Shown: positions 37,371 to 51,656, counted from the first letter of the whole stretch. The stretch is DNA of 61,293 nt, filler included, from Pirum gemmata (GCA_002812295.1; 16 parts of 16 records of this genome joined end to end with filler, not necessarily neighbours in it); one strand, 5' to 3'. A program made the numbers and translations. The notes: a model not told the origin generated them from the sequence alone.

Positions 37371-38340
37371 GCACTAGTCTAGCTACTAGCTAGAAAGAAA
37401 TAATTCACATTCCATTGTCGCGAGAGGAAGGAATGTATTTTTAAAAAAAATTTAATAGTTCATTTTTTTAAAAANTCAAGAATTTCCCAATTATTCTAGT
37501 GTTGATTTTGGCCCGACCTTTAAAAAATAATAATAAAAAAAAGGTAAATAATAGACAGTCAAGAAAGTCAGCTGAAAGTCAGCATTGAAAGACTTAGTTT
37601 CAAACTGTTTCAACCTGTTTCAACCAAGGACTTCAATGTTTCAACCTTCATTATTGACAGTTTATTGACCGTGTTGTAGACTTATTTCGCGAGTTTTTTC
37701 GAGTTTTTGGGAATTTTCCATTTTGGGGGGTTTTTCTGGTTTTTCAGTGGTTCAATTAATTTTCCTAGCTACTAGCTACTAGCTAGTTTTTTCAGGGGTT
37801 TTTTTTCCTAGCTAGGGTTTTTTTCTACCAGTAGTCTGTTTTATTAGTAGGGGGGTTTTTTATCTCTTGCAATTCATAGCTTGCAATTGGTTTATTATAG
37901 ACTAATAATAGTCTCTTGCTTTCTTTGGGTTTCTTTTCTAAAACTATAAAATAATAATAATAATAATTTATGTAGTCCTAACCCTAACTAGCTAGTAGGA
38001 CTATTTACTATCTGATACTATTTATCGATATTATCATACTTAATAATAATAATAATAATAATTTATGTAGTCCTAACCCTAACTAAAACCCTCTAGCTAG
38101 TAGGACTATTTACTATCTGATACTATTTATCAATATTATCATACTTATATCATACATATTATTTTATATTGATAAGCTAGATATTATAAGTCTAGCCTAT
38201 AGATAATATCATATATATGGAACCAAATGTGGGTCTTTCGGCCCTTGACATATATACATAATCTATATAATTATAATAATTTATAATTTATAATAGTGTA
38301 ATAAATAAATAAATGATACTCTAAAGACTCTAAAGAAATA

Positions 38341-38630
38341 ATTAGCTAGTAGCCCCTACAGAAAATATAATATTGAATAACTATAGTTAATAATTAATTA
38401 TTAATACATGTAGCTACTTACAAAATTAGTTAATATGGTTTAGTACCGTATTAAAAGGTTTATTGTAAAATGTACGTCCACAATGATTAGCTAGTAGCCC
38501 CTACAGAAAATATAATATTGAATAACTATAGTTAATAATTAATTATTAATACATGTAGCTAATTACAAAATTAGTTAATATGGTTTAGTACCGTATTAAA
38601 AGTTTATTGTCAAATGTACGTCCACAATGA
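38341..38630. repeat. Near-perfect tandem duplication, 145-bp unit (an approx. 105-bp duplication lies at 37950-38146)
   Basis: ATTAGCTAGTAGCCCCTACAG starts at 38341 and 38486. Confidence 0.9.
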
Positions 38631-39893
38631 CATAACCCAAACCCTAACCCTAACCCTAACCCCAACCCTAACCCTAACCCTAAACCTAACCCGTATTATA
38701 TAAATTACTATCAATTGATACCTAATATTAAAACTTTATGACTTACTAGTACTGGTTAATTATACCTTTGTAGGGTAAATGGTACCGGTAATTGGTCCGG
38801 TATAATAAACTAACCAAACCCCAACCCCAACCCTAACCCTAACCCTAACCCTGACCCTATAGCTAACCCTAACTAACCCTAGCCTAACCCTAACCCTAAC
38901 CCTAACCCTATAGCTAACCCTAACTAACCCTAGCCCTATTATAATATATCCCCTCTTAATAAGTGATCTCTGTAATTTGTCTCCAGAAGACTATTAAAAA
39001 TTGCAACAAAGGCAATGTTTTTTTTAAAAAAGTTTTTTTAAAATTTTCATCATTTGCCATTGAGATAATCCTAACTATGTCATACGTCTTAGTGTCATAC
39101 GTATATTAATATTAAAAACACAGGAACACTAATTTGAGAGATCACTGTAACTATGTAATAAAAATCTCGCTACTAGAGGTCTACCCACAGTAACACTAGT
39201 AGTAAGTAGTACTAGTAGACCCTCTTCTTCTTAGTTAGGACTATTATTTGTTATAGCTAACTCTTTTATAGTTTTTAGGAAAGAAGTCGAAAAAAAAAAT
39301 GATTTCTAGTTTTATCTGGATTGGGTGTTAAAAAAGGAAGAAAAAGTAAACCAAAATAGTAGTCGTTGATTAGTAGAAAATAAATCCAAATAAGTTTTTA
39401 ATCAGGATTTTCAAAATATTCATTGGTTTACCCCAAAAAAATTATATTTACTTCCTTTTATATCATGTATATTATTTGTTTATAAATAATTAGCTAAAAT
39501 AATCTAAAAATAATTCGACTACAATTTATTTTATTTTTTTTTTTNNNNNNNNNNNNNNNNNNNNNNNNNNNNNNNNNNNNNNNNNNNNTTAATTAATTAA
39601 NNNNNNNNNNNNNNNNNNNNNNNNNNNNNNNNNNNNNNNNNNNNTACTACTAATATCATCATGTATATATTATAATAATAATTATTATAATATATATAAA
39701 TATAATAATATAATATATAATATGACTTATATAGTCTTATACAATATATAGTATAATATTTCCTATTTAAAAAAGTTGAAAATTATTTATTTTAAATTAT
39801 ATAATTATATAATATAGATTATGTAATATATATAATATATATTATATATATCCTATGTTAGTAAGTTACAGTTAGTTACTCTACCCAAAAAGT

Positions 39894-42350
39894 TTAACTT
39901 TCGCTATTTCTTGGGATTCTACCTAAATTAAATTCGACGTCTTTACTAGGTTGATCAGGTCCGACTTCACCTTTGATAATTTTTCTAATTTCACCTTGAA
40001 GCACAAGCAAACCTTCTCTTAATGAAGCATTGACGGGGTCATTTTCTCCATTGGTATACAACTCACTAATACCTGTAGTGTAATCATTATCCACATCACC
40101 CATGTTATCGTATGGTGTTGTATACAAAAAGAAATAGGTTAACTGCAACAAACCACCACATAAATGGGAAGGTGGCATATGATTAATAATCTCTTGTTCA
40201 TTATAATGAGTAGTTTTATCATCGTTTTGAATGAAATCAAAGGAACTGAAAGCAGCAATAGTAAAAGGGACAGTATGACCACCTTCACTAAAATCGTTTA
40301 ACCTACTGAAAGAGTGTGTTGTGGTCAAGTAAAAGTAAGTTCCAAGAATTCTTTCCAATTCAACTCTTGTGGAAATTTTGTCTGGGTTACCAGGTAAAAG
40401 ATTACCCATATTCAAACCTTGTGGATCTTTAGCATCTTGAAAGAAGGCTTGAAGTTGTACATCGTTTGCAATGTCGTCATCAGAGCTATATAAAGTCTCA
40501 ATTATATAAGTTACAAAATCATTGGTTATTTTTTCTGTTCTTTCACCAAGATCAGCAAGGGGCATCCTATCCCATGGTTTTTTGTTGGTGAAGTCTTCTT
40601 GTAAAATACCACGGTTACCCAAGAAATCCGAAGGAAGTTGTTCTGTTAAATAATAATAATAATAATAAACAAGTAAGTAAACATATTGGTACTGTACAAT
40701 ATTATATGTTTTTTCTTTCAAAATAATAGTATGTTTTGTTTTAGTTTCAGAATTTATTATAATATATTATTATATATATTATATAATATTATATAATATA
40801 TTATTTTATGTAATAATGAAATGACAGAAGCAAAGGTAATGATAATATTATTAATAACAATAATGATAGTAAAACAATAAAGAAACTTACTCTTAAACGG
40901 GTTTTCATCGTACAGAGAATTCCATGTTTTGAATACCCCTTGGAAGTTAGCTTGTCTTGGCTCAGTGTTATGGTAAGGTAAACCATATAATTGACCAATG
41001 TTCAACAATGCAAAATTTGTCCATTGCATACTGTATAATAAGAATGGAGAAATAGCTTTTCGAAGTGGGTGTTCAGGAGCCAAATTATTGTAAATACCTT
41101 GTTGGAAGGCAGAAACGGTAATGTGAAAAGGTAAAAAGTGACCTCCTATAATACCCCATTGCGTAAAAGATGATCTGGCAGCTAACATTGCCAATCTCCA
41201 AGCTGAATCTGTGCTAGTCTTTTTGGAATATAGTCTTACATAAGGTTCAGCATTGTCTTCCCTACTAGGCAACATAGTAATTTTGATCATTAATGGAATG
41301 AGATTGTTAACCTTGTTTCGTTTCAACAAAGTTTTTGCTCCAATTGACAACGATGCGTCAAGTGTGCCTACATTTCTTGGTTTGACTTGGCCGATATCTT
41401 CAGTGTCTATTAGATAATACAATCCACAATCTAAATATTGATATGCCTTTTCTTTATCAATCCCAAAATCGTTGACAAGTATATCATAGTCTCCCTGATA
41501 TGGGTAATAACCATAGCCAAGTTTTCGAAATCCTAAGATACCATTAAAGGGAATAGATGAGAATAAACTCTGCACAAAGTTCTCTTCCATAGTTTGACTG
41601 TCTGAAAACATGCGATCATGTAAATCTATAACTGTTTTCTGGTCCGAGGTAGGCATAGCTAATTCAGCTGGGGTAAACGAAACTTTAAGAAAATCATCGT
41701 AAGAATCAAAACGTACTTTCTGTTGTATCCATGCCAAAGCAGGTAGGGTAGTATTACCAACCGTAAGGGGAGTAACATGTTGAACAATGGCTTTTTCTAC
41801 TTCAGAACCACGGAATAATAATCGAGGAAAATTTGTACCGTTAAACGCTAGGCCTAAATTACCATCATACAAGGCAAAAGGGATATCTGGGACTAATGGG
41901 TTGGTTGCTTTAAAGGCTTTCGTTTCATTTACTGTAAAAAATTGGGGGATCCCAAACACACTAGGTATACGAGCAGCCCCAGGATCATACTTTTCCTATA
42001 TTTATATGATTTAATAATTAAGTGTTAATTAATTATAATATAATATAACCCTAACCCTAACCCTAGCCTATAAATCATGCAGATATGACAACAGATCACA
42101 CACATATAATAATGGAAGGTGTAATATAATATTATATCATGATAGAACATTATAAATATTATATATATATGGACCCAGATGTGGAATATTCGACATAATT
42201 ATAATATGTAATATATAAAATAAATTATATATATAATATTATATAACTATTATACATAATATATATAATATTAATATTTTATAGTATATATACCATTTCC
42301 GCTGTAGCGAAAGAAGCTAACACAATAGAGGAGATTAATATTGTCAACAT
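39894..42350 (-). CDS. Secreted lipoxygenase-family protein, 3 exons (42350-42294, 41995-40891, 40642-39894), 636 aa
   Basis: Exon phases 0 and 1 are compatible; signal peptide MLTILISSIVLASFATA; AWRLAM, HFLPFH, LAPEHPL, LPSDFLGNRG, DDDIANDVQLQAF and TTTHSF follow the LOX motif order. Confidence 0.85.
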
Positions 42351-43154
42351 GTTTTCTTTTCTTCAATGGTTTTTTGAAAAAAGGTGGTAATGAAGAATAG
42401 TTTAATTTAGTATAGGAGCTGTTTCTGCAATTCAATTGATTTTTAGTTTTTGAAATACACAACTTTGAAATTTTCAAAATTCGAATTAAAATTATTAACA
42501 GTGTAAAAAAATAAACACTTCTATTTATATCGTATTAGTTATTGATTTTATTAATTGTTTTAATTAACATTACTTTTATTTATTTTTTTATTTTTTTTTT
42601 AACCAAGCCGGGCTCAACCCCAACAAATCTCAAAATGATCCAATTTTAATAAAAGTACTACCAAAATTTGATAAATCGTCTAACTACGATATAAATAAGA
42701 AAACTCTAATGTGACACTACGTGACTATGGTAGTTTTAAAAAATAATAATTTGGCTAGTTAGTATTTTAAAAAAGGTTTTATTCAGCTCGGCTTTTTATA
42801 AAAAAAAAAANNNNNNNNNNNNNNNNNNNNNNNNNNNNNNNNNNNNNNNNNNNNTTAATTAATTAANNNNNNNNNNNNNNNNNNNNNNNNNNNNNNNNNN
42901 NNNNNNNNNNATATGTATATGTGCTAACCCTATACATATGTAGACACTTTATGCACCCGCATTTAGTGCATAAATCTATATATATATTATATGCAAATAT
43001 GCATGTACCATATATATGTTCATATGTGTATGATATATACATGTGTATGATGTGCATTATATATATATATATACTAACCCTATATGTATGTATAACCCTA
43101 TATGTATATTACATGTATATTATATGTTAACCATATATATGTATGCATATGTAT

Positions 43155-43700
43155 TGTGCTTTTCATTTATTTTGTCACTCTGAATATTTATTTGATTGGT
43201 TATAGTATTTAAATTGACATTTTTAAATGAATAAATAGATAATAAAATATACCAATAAAATGAAATGGATTTATGTTGTATTAATTAATTTGGTATTCTT
43301 TATTTAATATTTTATAATGACAAAACAACTAAAAAGCACGATATATCATACATATTTATGTGTATAATGAGGGTATAATAATTAGGTGTGAGCTTTTTTT
43401 TGAATAGTCTATCACTTCTTTTATATGTATTGTGCTTTTCATTTATTTTGTCACTATTACTATTTATTTGGTTGGTTATAGTATTTTTAAATTGACATTT
43501 TTAAATGAGTAAATAGATAATAAAATATACCAAATAAAATGAAATGGATTTATGTTGTATTAATTTGGTATTCTTTATTTAATATTTTATAATGACAAAA
43601 ACAACTAAAAAGCAGTGATATATCATACATATTTTTGTGTATAATGAGGGTATAATAATTAGGTGTGAGTTTTTTTTTGAATAGTCTATCACTTCTTTTA
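43155..43700. repeat. Tandem duplication (276-bp unit), each unit containing a MITE family C copy
   Basis: TGTGCTTTTCATTTATTTTGTCAC at 43155 and 43431; GTGCTTTT/AAAAGCAC termini. Confidence 0.85.
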
Positions 43701-44239
43701 TCCCCTCCCCCCATATTACTCATGCTATATGATAGTATCGATAGTCTATCCCTAAATATCCCTAACTTTCTTTTCACCCTTTCCAGACTCTTTTCAGTAG
43801 TAGATATAGATATCGTAGACCCCCTCTACACCCTCTACGTACAACTCAAAGAAAAATAATAGACTTAGCTAGCTAGAGAGAGGCTCTAGCTAGTAGTATA
43901 ATTATTCTAGAATCGTCTATTTCTTGTCGTCTATTTCATTTTATAGTTGTTCTCTCAATCTTTAATTCGGTACTGTTTAAGTGTATAATTGAATTTGTTT
44001 ATAAAATACAATATTTTCTATAAAATACAAAATTTATTAAAACATGTCTGGTAGTTTAAAACCATAATATCTGGTACGTTTATTTCAATTTTTGAATCGG
44101 AGAACACTATTGAAAAGCACGATACGTACGTAACAATGATTTTTAAAAATTTAATATTAGTCTACTAACTATAATAATATAGTAAAAATGTACACCATTT
44201 TTAGGGTTACGAACTTACGGTTAGGGTTAGGTTAGGGTT

Positions 44240-45549
44240 TTGTGGTGAATCTCCTAATGGGCTGACCGCGTGGTAATATGATTGGTCGATTGAATATACA
44301 TTTATTCTCTAAATTATTATTTTATGTCGAGCTTATTCGTTTAGCTATGATTGAATTAAGTTTAAGTGTATGATTTTATTGTTTGGTAATATACAAATTG
44401 ATTATGTAATGATAATTTGTATTTGTAAATGATTATTTAGAATGTTCCAGAACATTGTGGATAATAATGGGACAAATTGGCGGAGCAGCTGGGCAAAGAG
44501 AAAACGATCATGTACAAACAAGTTGGATGAGAATGAAAACAAATGTGAGAATATCAAGAGGATTACGAAAGCATTCGTTGTTGGTTGTGCTATACAAAAC
44601 AGCATGGGGTAGACTGGAGGGCTCCATAGGATGTAGCTGGTATATATGAGACGTTAACGTTATAATGCTTAGTTGTGTGGTTTGAGATAGAATTTAGTTC
44701 TATAAAGTGTTAAGACATCATTATGGTGATATAAGGACGGTAATGAATAAGCATATAAAGTTATGGTTCATGATTAGAAGGAAAGCAATAAGGTTGTGAA
44801 GAACTAATGTATAAGTTTATCTAAAGAGAACAAAGTAACTGAAGAGGTGCAATAGTGGCCAAAATTCAATAGATTGTGAAATTTTTTCTTGTAGTAACAT
44901 GTAAAATGCTTAAGATATGAATATTGCTGTGATATTATTTAGTTCTGGTAATGGCAAAAGAGTGAAAAGTCCAGGTTAGAATATAGAATTAATGGAGTGT
45001 AATAACAATATTGACATCATGCATAGCAATAATTGTGAATACCGAATTCGTGAGTGAATAGGTGAGGAAAATTGTAGAAAGCTAGGTTTATCAAGAATTT
45101 AGTAGTAAATGGCAATAAAAGTCAATTAGGTGGACATTGTTAATTGAGCTTCTGGAGACTAAAGGAGTGGTAATAGTCCTGATACACTTGTGTTTAGTGC
45201 TATATTGATGTGAGTTCAATAGTGGGGGACATTGGTAAAATATGAGCGGGAAATAGTGTGATGTCATGGGTTGAATATATGAATCAATTACTGAAATAAG
45301 TTAAGGTTTGTAAGGTAAAATGAATAGTTTAGTGAATGGGGGTGTATTGTGGTGAAATCTCAATGGGCTGACCGCGTGGTAATATGATTGGTTGATTGAA
45401 TATATATTTATTCTCGAAACTATTTGTTTAGCTATGATTGAATTAAGTTTAAGTGTATGATTTTATTGTTTGGTATTATATAAATTGATTATGTAATAAT
45501 AATTTGTATTTGTAAATGATTATTTATAATGTTCCAGAACATTGTGGAT
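44240..45549 (-). mobile_element. Decayed retroelement-like unit with approx. 210-bp direct repeats (44240-44462, 45348-45549), possibly Penelope-like
   Basis: The direct repeats are clear. Minus-strand remnants RGQPI, IDSYIQP and LFSLD/NLY weakly resemble PLE reverse transcriptase motifs, with imperfect spacing. Confidence 0.35.
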
Positions 45550-46770
45550 TATGTGATAGTTAGTTTTCAGAAAGGTATATAAGCAGAGTATAATAAAATG
45601 ATGGGTCAGGTTTAGGGTTAGGGTTAGAGAGTGGTTAGAGTTAGGACATAGTAAAAATGTACACCATTTTTAGTGAATAGGGTAACATATACCGTTAGTA
45701 TTAAAGTACCGGTAACTATTTTTCCATATTTGGTGTCCATATAGACTAATTATGGCTACTCCACTGATAACAAACTTTTATGATATCATTTAGGCAACTA
45801 TAGACAGTCATTGAGTCATAGACTACCGGTATCTTGAAAAAATCTTCAAAAATAAAAAAGTAGACCTAAGAAAGTCTTTTAAAAGAAGTACCTAAGAACT
45901 CTACTCTCTCTCAGCTCAGGCTCAGATCCCCATTGAACGATAATAAATAAAAAAATAAACATGCATACTAATAAATAAATAAATAAATAATAAATAAATG
46001 ATGAATGAATGAATGAATAAATGAATAAATGAATAAATGCATAAATGAATAAATGAATNNNNNNNNNNNNNNNNNNNNNNNNNNNNNNNNNNNNNNNNNN
46101 NNTTAATTAATTAANNNNNNNNNNNNNNNNNNNNNNNNNNNNNNNNNNNNNNNNNNNNTATATATATATATATATACATATTTTGTATAATATTATGTAG
46201 TAGTGATAATAGTGGTACATTTATAATGCATCATAATATTATGATTTACGATCTGGCTAGAATAAGTCAGTAATATGTCTAGCTAAATTTATTAATGAGT
46301 TCTATTTGAAGAAAATTTCGTTACAAGTGTTACAAGCTAATATAATAAATCTAGTCTGGTTAGGGTTAGAATTATGGTTGGTGTTAGGTCTATAAATTAT
46401 GATTATGGTTAATTAAAGTTATCTATAAGGTTAGAGTCAGGAAAGCAAATTACTCTCATTATAAATTAATTATGTGATAAATAAAGTTACATCGAGAACT
46501 TATGTTACATTTTGTCGCTGTTGTTGTTGTTGTTGTTGTTGTTGCTAGGATGGTTGTTTTATTATTATTATTATTATTATTTTTTTGTTGTTGTGATTGT
46601 TGTTGTTGTTATTGTTGTTGCTGTTGTTGTTGTTATTGTTGTTGTTGTTATTATTGTTGTTGTTACTGTTGTTGCTGTTGTTATTGTTGTTTATTATTAT
46701 TATTATTATTATTAATATTGTTGTTGTTGTTATTATTATTGTTGTTGTTATTATTGTTGTTATTGTTGAT

Positions 46771-46825
<55 letters not shown>

Positions 46826-47779
46826 TTATTGTTGTTGTTGTTGTTGNAAAAAAAAAAAAAAAAAACTTTGGGAGTAGGGATACTATCATAATTATCATAC
46901 TCAGAGGGAACTGCTAGAGTAGTCTACTAGTCTGGTAGGTCTGGCTAGGAAGTTGCTAGGAGCTAGTCAAATTGGTAGTCAAATACTACAATAGTAGCTA
47001 TAGTAGTCAAATATATAATATAATAATATTATCTATATAAAAAAGATAATATTATATTATTATTAGAATAATATTATTATAATATTATTGTATTATTATT
47101 ATAATTTCTTTTGCCAGTCTTTTAACCTATCACATGATCATTCCTGATGGATGTGGACCAAGTTCCTTATCCTTTAGAAGGATTGACCGATTAAAAAAGT
47201 CACTGGCTCCAGCTTTCCCACAGTCCATACGTCTTCTTCTAACCCTATCGTGAAAAAAACTTACCACATTTTAGATTCACCAATTAACATTTTCCAGCAT
47301 AATTAATTAATCCAATAATAATATACTTTCAAAAACCCTCACAAATTTTCTATCCTATAAGAAGAATGTATGGTATAACAAGTTGACGCAAATAATTTTT
47401 AAAAAACGTCCAACTTTTTGGTTTTACTGTCATATTTCGAAACTTTTGGAACATAAGACTATAACAAAAGTAATTTAGTAGTAATTTATAGGTTTGACAT
47501 TTTCGTACATAAAAAAACAAGATGGGACTTTTAATTAATAGTAGAAAAAAAAGTAGGTCGTTTTTAGTTTTTTTTGCACGCTTGAGTTTGTTTGAAGTTG
47601 GAACTTGCAAAAATTGGCAGCAACGATTCCAACGAAGTCTTACAATAACTAAATATGAATAGAAATCTTCTACTACATTAGCTAACTATTAGCTAGCTCT
47701 GAAGAGTAGTAACTACCAGCTAGTAACTACCAGGTACAATAATATTTTAATATGTTATTATTATAGTTTATATAGTATA

Positions 47780-48305
47780 CATATAAATAATACATCATTA
47801 CAATTTCGATAACATTGTATTATTATTGATATTATAATGTATAATATATTAATATTAATATCATTAATTTTTTAAGATTAAAAGGGTTAGGATGTTTGGA
47901 ATATATGATATAATGTAATAGTGTATAATGTAGTATACATATAAATAATACATCATTACGATATCGAGAACATTGTATTATTATTGATATTATAATGTGT
48001 AATATATCATTTTTAAGGTTTAGGATGTTTGAATGTTGTGTGAAGAGCTGTGTGAAGTATGATAAATAATACATCATTACGATACCGATAACATTGTATT
48101 ATTATTGATATTATAATGTATAATATATCATTTTTAAGGGTTAGGATGTTTGAATGTTATGTGAAGAGCTATATGATTACAAAGTGCTCTGTAAATGGAA
48201 AAACCATATTATAATGTATAATATATATCATTTTTAAGGGTTAGGATGTTTGAATGTTGTGTGAAGTATAATCTGATTGCAAAGTGCTATGTAAATGGAA
48301 AAACA
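47780..48305. repeat. Degenerate tandem repeat of about 110-150 bp
   Basis: Recurring ATAAATAATACATCATTAC and GGGTTAGGATGTTTG blocks. Confidence 0.8.
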
Positions 48306-49431
48306 CAGCCTTCTACAGAAACCGCTAACCCGCGGTTGCCGTTTAGTATTGATGTTACTGTTATAATAATTAATTAAAATATTAGTTTATATGTTTCTGT
48401 TATAATAATTACTTCAAATATTAGTTTATTGTTTGAAATTTATACTATATAATATTGATCTGTTTGGGAGAAATGAAAGGTTATTTTTTTTTTCTTTTTT
48501 TTTTTTGGCATAATTACTATTCATGATTTTAAATAATGATAATTATTATGAAATATTAGCTAGCTACTACTAGTCAAGGTTCAAAAAATAAAATTTATTA
48601 TAATAAATAATAATAGTTTATTACATAAATAACAACTTATACTAAAAATAATAAAAATAATTAGTGAGTGAGGTAATAATATATATGGGAGTATTAAAAG
48701 TTTATTTATTATTTTAAACAGTTTTATTAACTAGCTTTAGTTATTTTAAAATTTATAATAATACCATAATATTTTTTATTATGCATATATAATATCGAGA
48801 GTAATTAGGGTTAGGGTTAGGGTTAGGGTTAGGGTGATAATAATATATATGGGAGTATTAAAAGTTTATATATAATATCGAGAGTGATTAGTATTAATCC
48901 TAACCGTACTCCTAACTCTAAACCTAACCCTTACCCTAATTGTAACATAAACTTTATAAAAATTAACTTCTCCTAGCCCTAACCTTTAATATAATACGTG
49001 GTTTCGAATAATTAGTGATAATTGTAATGAAATGGGGTTGGTTATTATAATTTACATTTTGTGCATTAATATATGAAGGAGAACAACTATTTATTATTTA
49101 TATTATTAGACAATGCTAGAATTCACATCAATAACGCGTTTTTTCAAAAACCTGATTATAAAAGTATTATAATTATGATATTAATTATAAGGTTAGGGTT
49201 AGGGTTAGGGTAAGCGTTAGAGTTAGCGATATGGTTAGCGTTAGGTTAGCGTTAGTATAATATTATATGCATTATAATAAGTAACAATTATTATATATAT
49301 ATATAAATAAAATTTAATAATATAAAATGTNNNNNNNNNNNNNNNNNNNNNNNNNNNNNNNNNNNNNNNNNNNNTTAATTAATTAANNNNNNNNNNNNNN
49401 NNNNNNNNNNNNNNNNNNNNNNNNNNNNNNA

Positions 49432-50613
49432 GCCGAAGAAGCCGAAGAAGCCGAAGAAGCCGAAGAAGCCGAAGAAGCCGAAGAAGCCGAAGAAGCCGAA
49501 GAAGCCGATAAAGCGGATAAAACGGATAAAACGGAAGATGAAAACTTAATTAAAAGACATAGTTCTCAATTTAAACATCAACTTTTTGATTTTTATAAAG
49601 AAAAAATTAATAAAGAAAACGAGCTAGAAAATGATGCTAATGATTCCTTTTACAACAACTCAGACTCTTCGTCTAATATTGAAGATGAAAGTATTAAAGA
49701 AAATAAAGATAAAAAAGATACAAATGAATTTGATTCCGGGGAACCAAGTTACGTTATCCAATCAATCCCTATGGAAAGTCAAATTGAAAATATTGAACCC
49801 AAATCAAGTGATGATAAAGCTCCTAATTCACCCTTTGAAAGTAAGCAAGCAATGGTTGATTCCAATACAGGAAGTGTATGGTGGGAAAAAGAAAAAACTG
49901 AATTGCAAGAACAACACATTCTTGGAAATTCAGTTGAGTCAAATACAAACAAACAAGCCAAAGACGAGGTTGAGACAAGTGAAGAAAGTATTTTCGATAA
50001 ATTAGGAGATTTTGTTGAGGAAGTTAAAGAATCTCTTACAGATTTAGCCGAGGATTTAAACTTAGTTGACAGTTATGAATTCGATTCGAGTATTTCACCC
50101 AAGGATTCTTGTTCACAAGATGCTATTGGTATTATTATAGATACTGGGATCAAGGCTATTGATTTGGATAACGAAATACCACAAGCCGGCAACGAGGATG
50201 ATAAAACAAATGAAAAGGACGAAAAAAACTATGATGATGAAATCCAACCACAATCCGAGAACGAAAAAAACGATGATGATGAAATCCAACCACAATCCGA
50301 GGACGAAAAAAATGAAAATGAAATCCAATCCGAAGAAGAGGACCAAGATGATTTTGATACACAAGCCGACACTTTGTGTCTACTTAATAGATTAAGAGTT
50401 ATTCGTAAATCATTAGTCACGCAAACAGACTCTGAATTAGACCTCACTTTGGCTAAGATTGAGCGTATTAAAACCAATGAGTCCTTTAACAGTAACTTAC
50501 TTGATGAGATTTCAGAAATTGAAAAACTTGTAGAAAAGTACAAAAGCCAAAATCGACGTTATCATGAATATGAACAAAGAAAAAAAAAGCCTTTCTCGTT
50601 CCTATTTACGTAA
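49432..50613 (+). CDS. 5'-truncated acidic low-complexity protein with (AEE)n and DDEIQPQSE repeats and a C-terminal helical region
   Basis: Frame is open from the scaffold edge (49432) through the listed 49771 ORF; intronless. Confidence 0.75.
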   Translation, partial: AEEAEEAEEAEEAEEAEEAEEAEEADKADKTDKTEDENLIKRHSSQFKHQLFDFYKEKINKENELENDANDSFYNNSDSSSNIEDESIKENKDKKDTNEFDSGEPSYVIQSIPMESQIENIEPKSSDDKAPNSPFESKQAMVDSNTGSVWWEKEKTELQEQHILGNSVESNTNKQAKDEVETSEESIFDKLGDFVEEVKESLTDLAEDLNLVDSYEFDSSISPKDSCSQDAIGIIIDTGIKAIDLDNEIPQAGNEDDKTNEKDEKNYDDEIQPQSENEKNDDDEIQPQSEDEKNENEIQSEEEDQDDFDTQADTLCLLNRLRVIRKSLVTQTDSELDLTLAKIERIKTNESFNSNLLDEISEIEKLVEKYKSQNRRYHEYEQRKKKPFSFLFT

Positions 50614-50669
50614 AAAAGCAAAAAAAAAAAAGCTAAAAAAAAAAATTGCTTTAAAATAAACAACCACAT

Positions 50670-51602
50670 ATGTCTGCAAAACTAACAAAAGATGGCCTAG
50701 TATTTTTTGAAACTGGAAATAGTGTCGAAAAATTTGGACTCCAAGTTAGCGGTAACAAAGTTCAATTTCGAGGGTCGGCTAATGCTTCTATAATTCTTTC
50801 TAATATTAAACGGCCCGAAAACGACACTGATGTTGCCACTAAGGAATACATTGATTCCATAATATCCGAAATACAATGGTTAAAAAATTGCCATGTTGAA
50901 ACGAACGCTAATATTGATATTAGTGCCTTACGAAGTGGAGACACAATACAAGGCTATGAATTAAAAAATTTGGATAGAATCTTAGTAAAAAATCAAACCA
51001 ATGCTGTGTTGAATGGTGTATATTCAGTTTTTGATGATAACGTTCCATCAAGAGTAACATTATTAAAAGATGATGACAGTAATGCTAATAAAGCAGTATA
51101 TGTTTTAAATAGTTTAATATCTTACGTCACTACGAATGTTAGTGGCTTAGGAGACGTGGTGGGAACTGATCCAACTTACTGGACTATTTTTAGTCAAGAC
51201 ACCCAGTATAATCAAGGTGATGGTGTAACAATAACGAATAACGAAATTGCATTGGATAATTCCGTTATTCGCTCATCTGGAAATCAAACTATTAATGGAA
51301 AAATCTTTGCCACTGAATTTTGTGCAACTTCTGACTCCCAATTAAAAAATAATGTTTCCACAATTAATAATAGTTTGATGCTGTTAAATCACATCCAGGG
51401 ATATCAATACACTTGGACTAATGATGTTGACAATAAACCTTGTTATGGTGTTCTCGCCCAAGACTTACAAGCGCACGACCAACTTCAACATTTAGTTAAC
51501 GATAATGGGTCGAATTTATCGGTTAATTATTTGGGTATTATTGCTTTATTAATTAATGGTGTAAATGAGCTTAACGAACAACTTAAATTAATTAATAGTT
51601 AG
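50670..51602 (+). CDS. Viral fibre/tail-fibre-like protein with C-terminal intramolecular chaperone (Peptidase_S74/ICA) domain
   Basis: DVATKEYID and DRILVKNQTNAVLNGVY fibre motifs; TSDSQLKNN...YQYTW...GVLAQDLQ...LSVNYLGIIALLINGVNEL matches the S74 pattern (SD..LK, G..AQE, VNY). Confidence 0.88.
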   Translation: MSAKLTKDGLVFFETGNSVEKFGLQVSGNKVQFRGSANASIILSNIKRPENDTDVATKEYIDSIISEIQWLKNCHVETNANIDISALRSGDTIQGYELKNLDRILVKNQTNAVLNGVYSVFDDNVPSRVTLLKDDDSNANKAVYVLNSLISYVTTNVSGLGDVVGTDPTYWTIFSQDTQYNQGDGVTITNNEIALDNSVIRSSGNQTINGKIFATEFCATSDSQLKNNVSTINNSLMLLNHIQGYQYTWTNDVDNKPCYGVLAQDLQAHDQLQHLVNDNGSNLSVNYLGIIALLINGVNELNEQLKLINS

Positions 51603-51656
51603 ATTGATTGGGTAATTGGGTATATAATGAATTTTTTTGGGTCGTTTTAACAAAGA

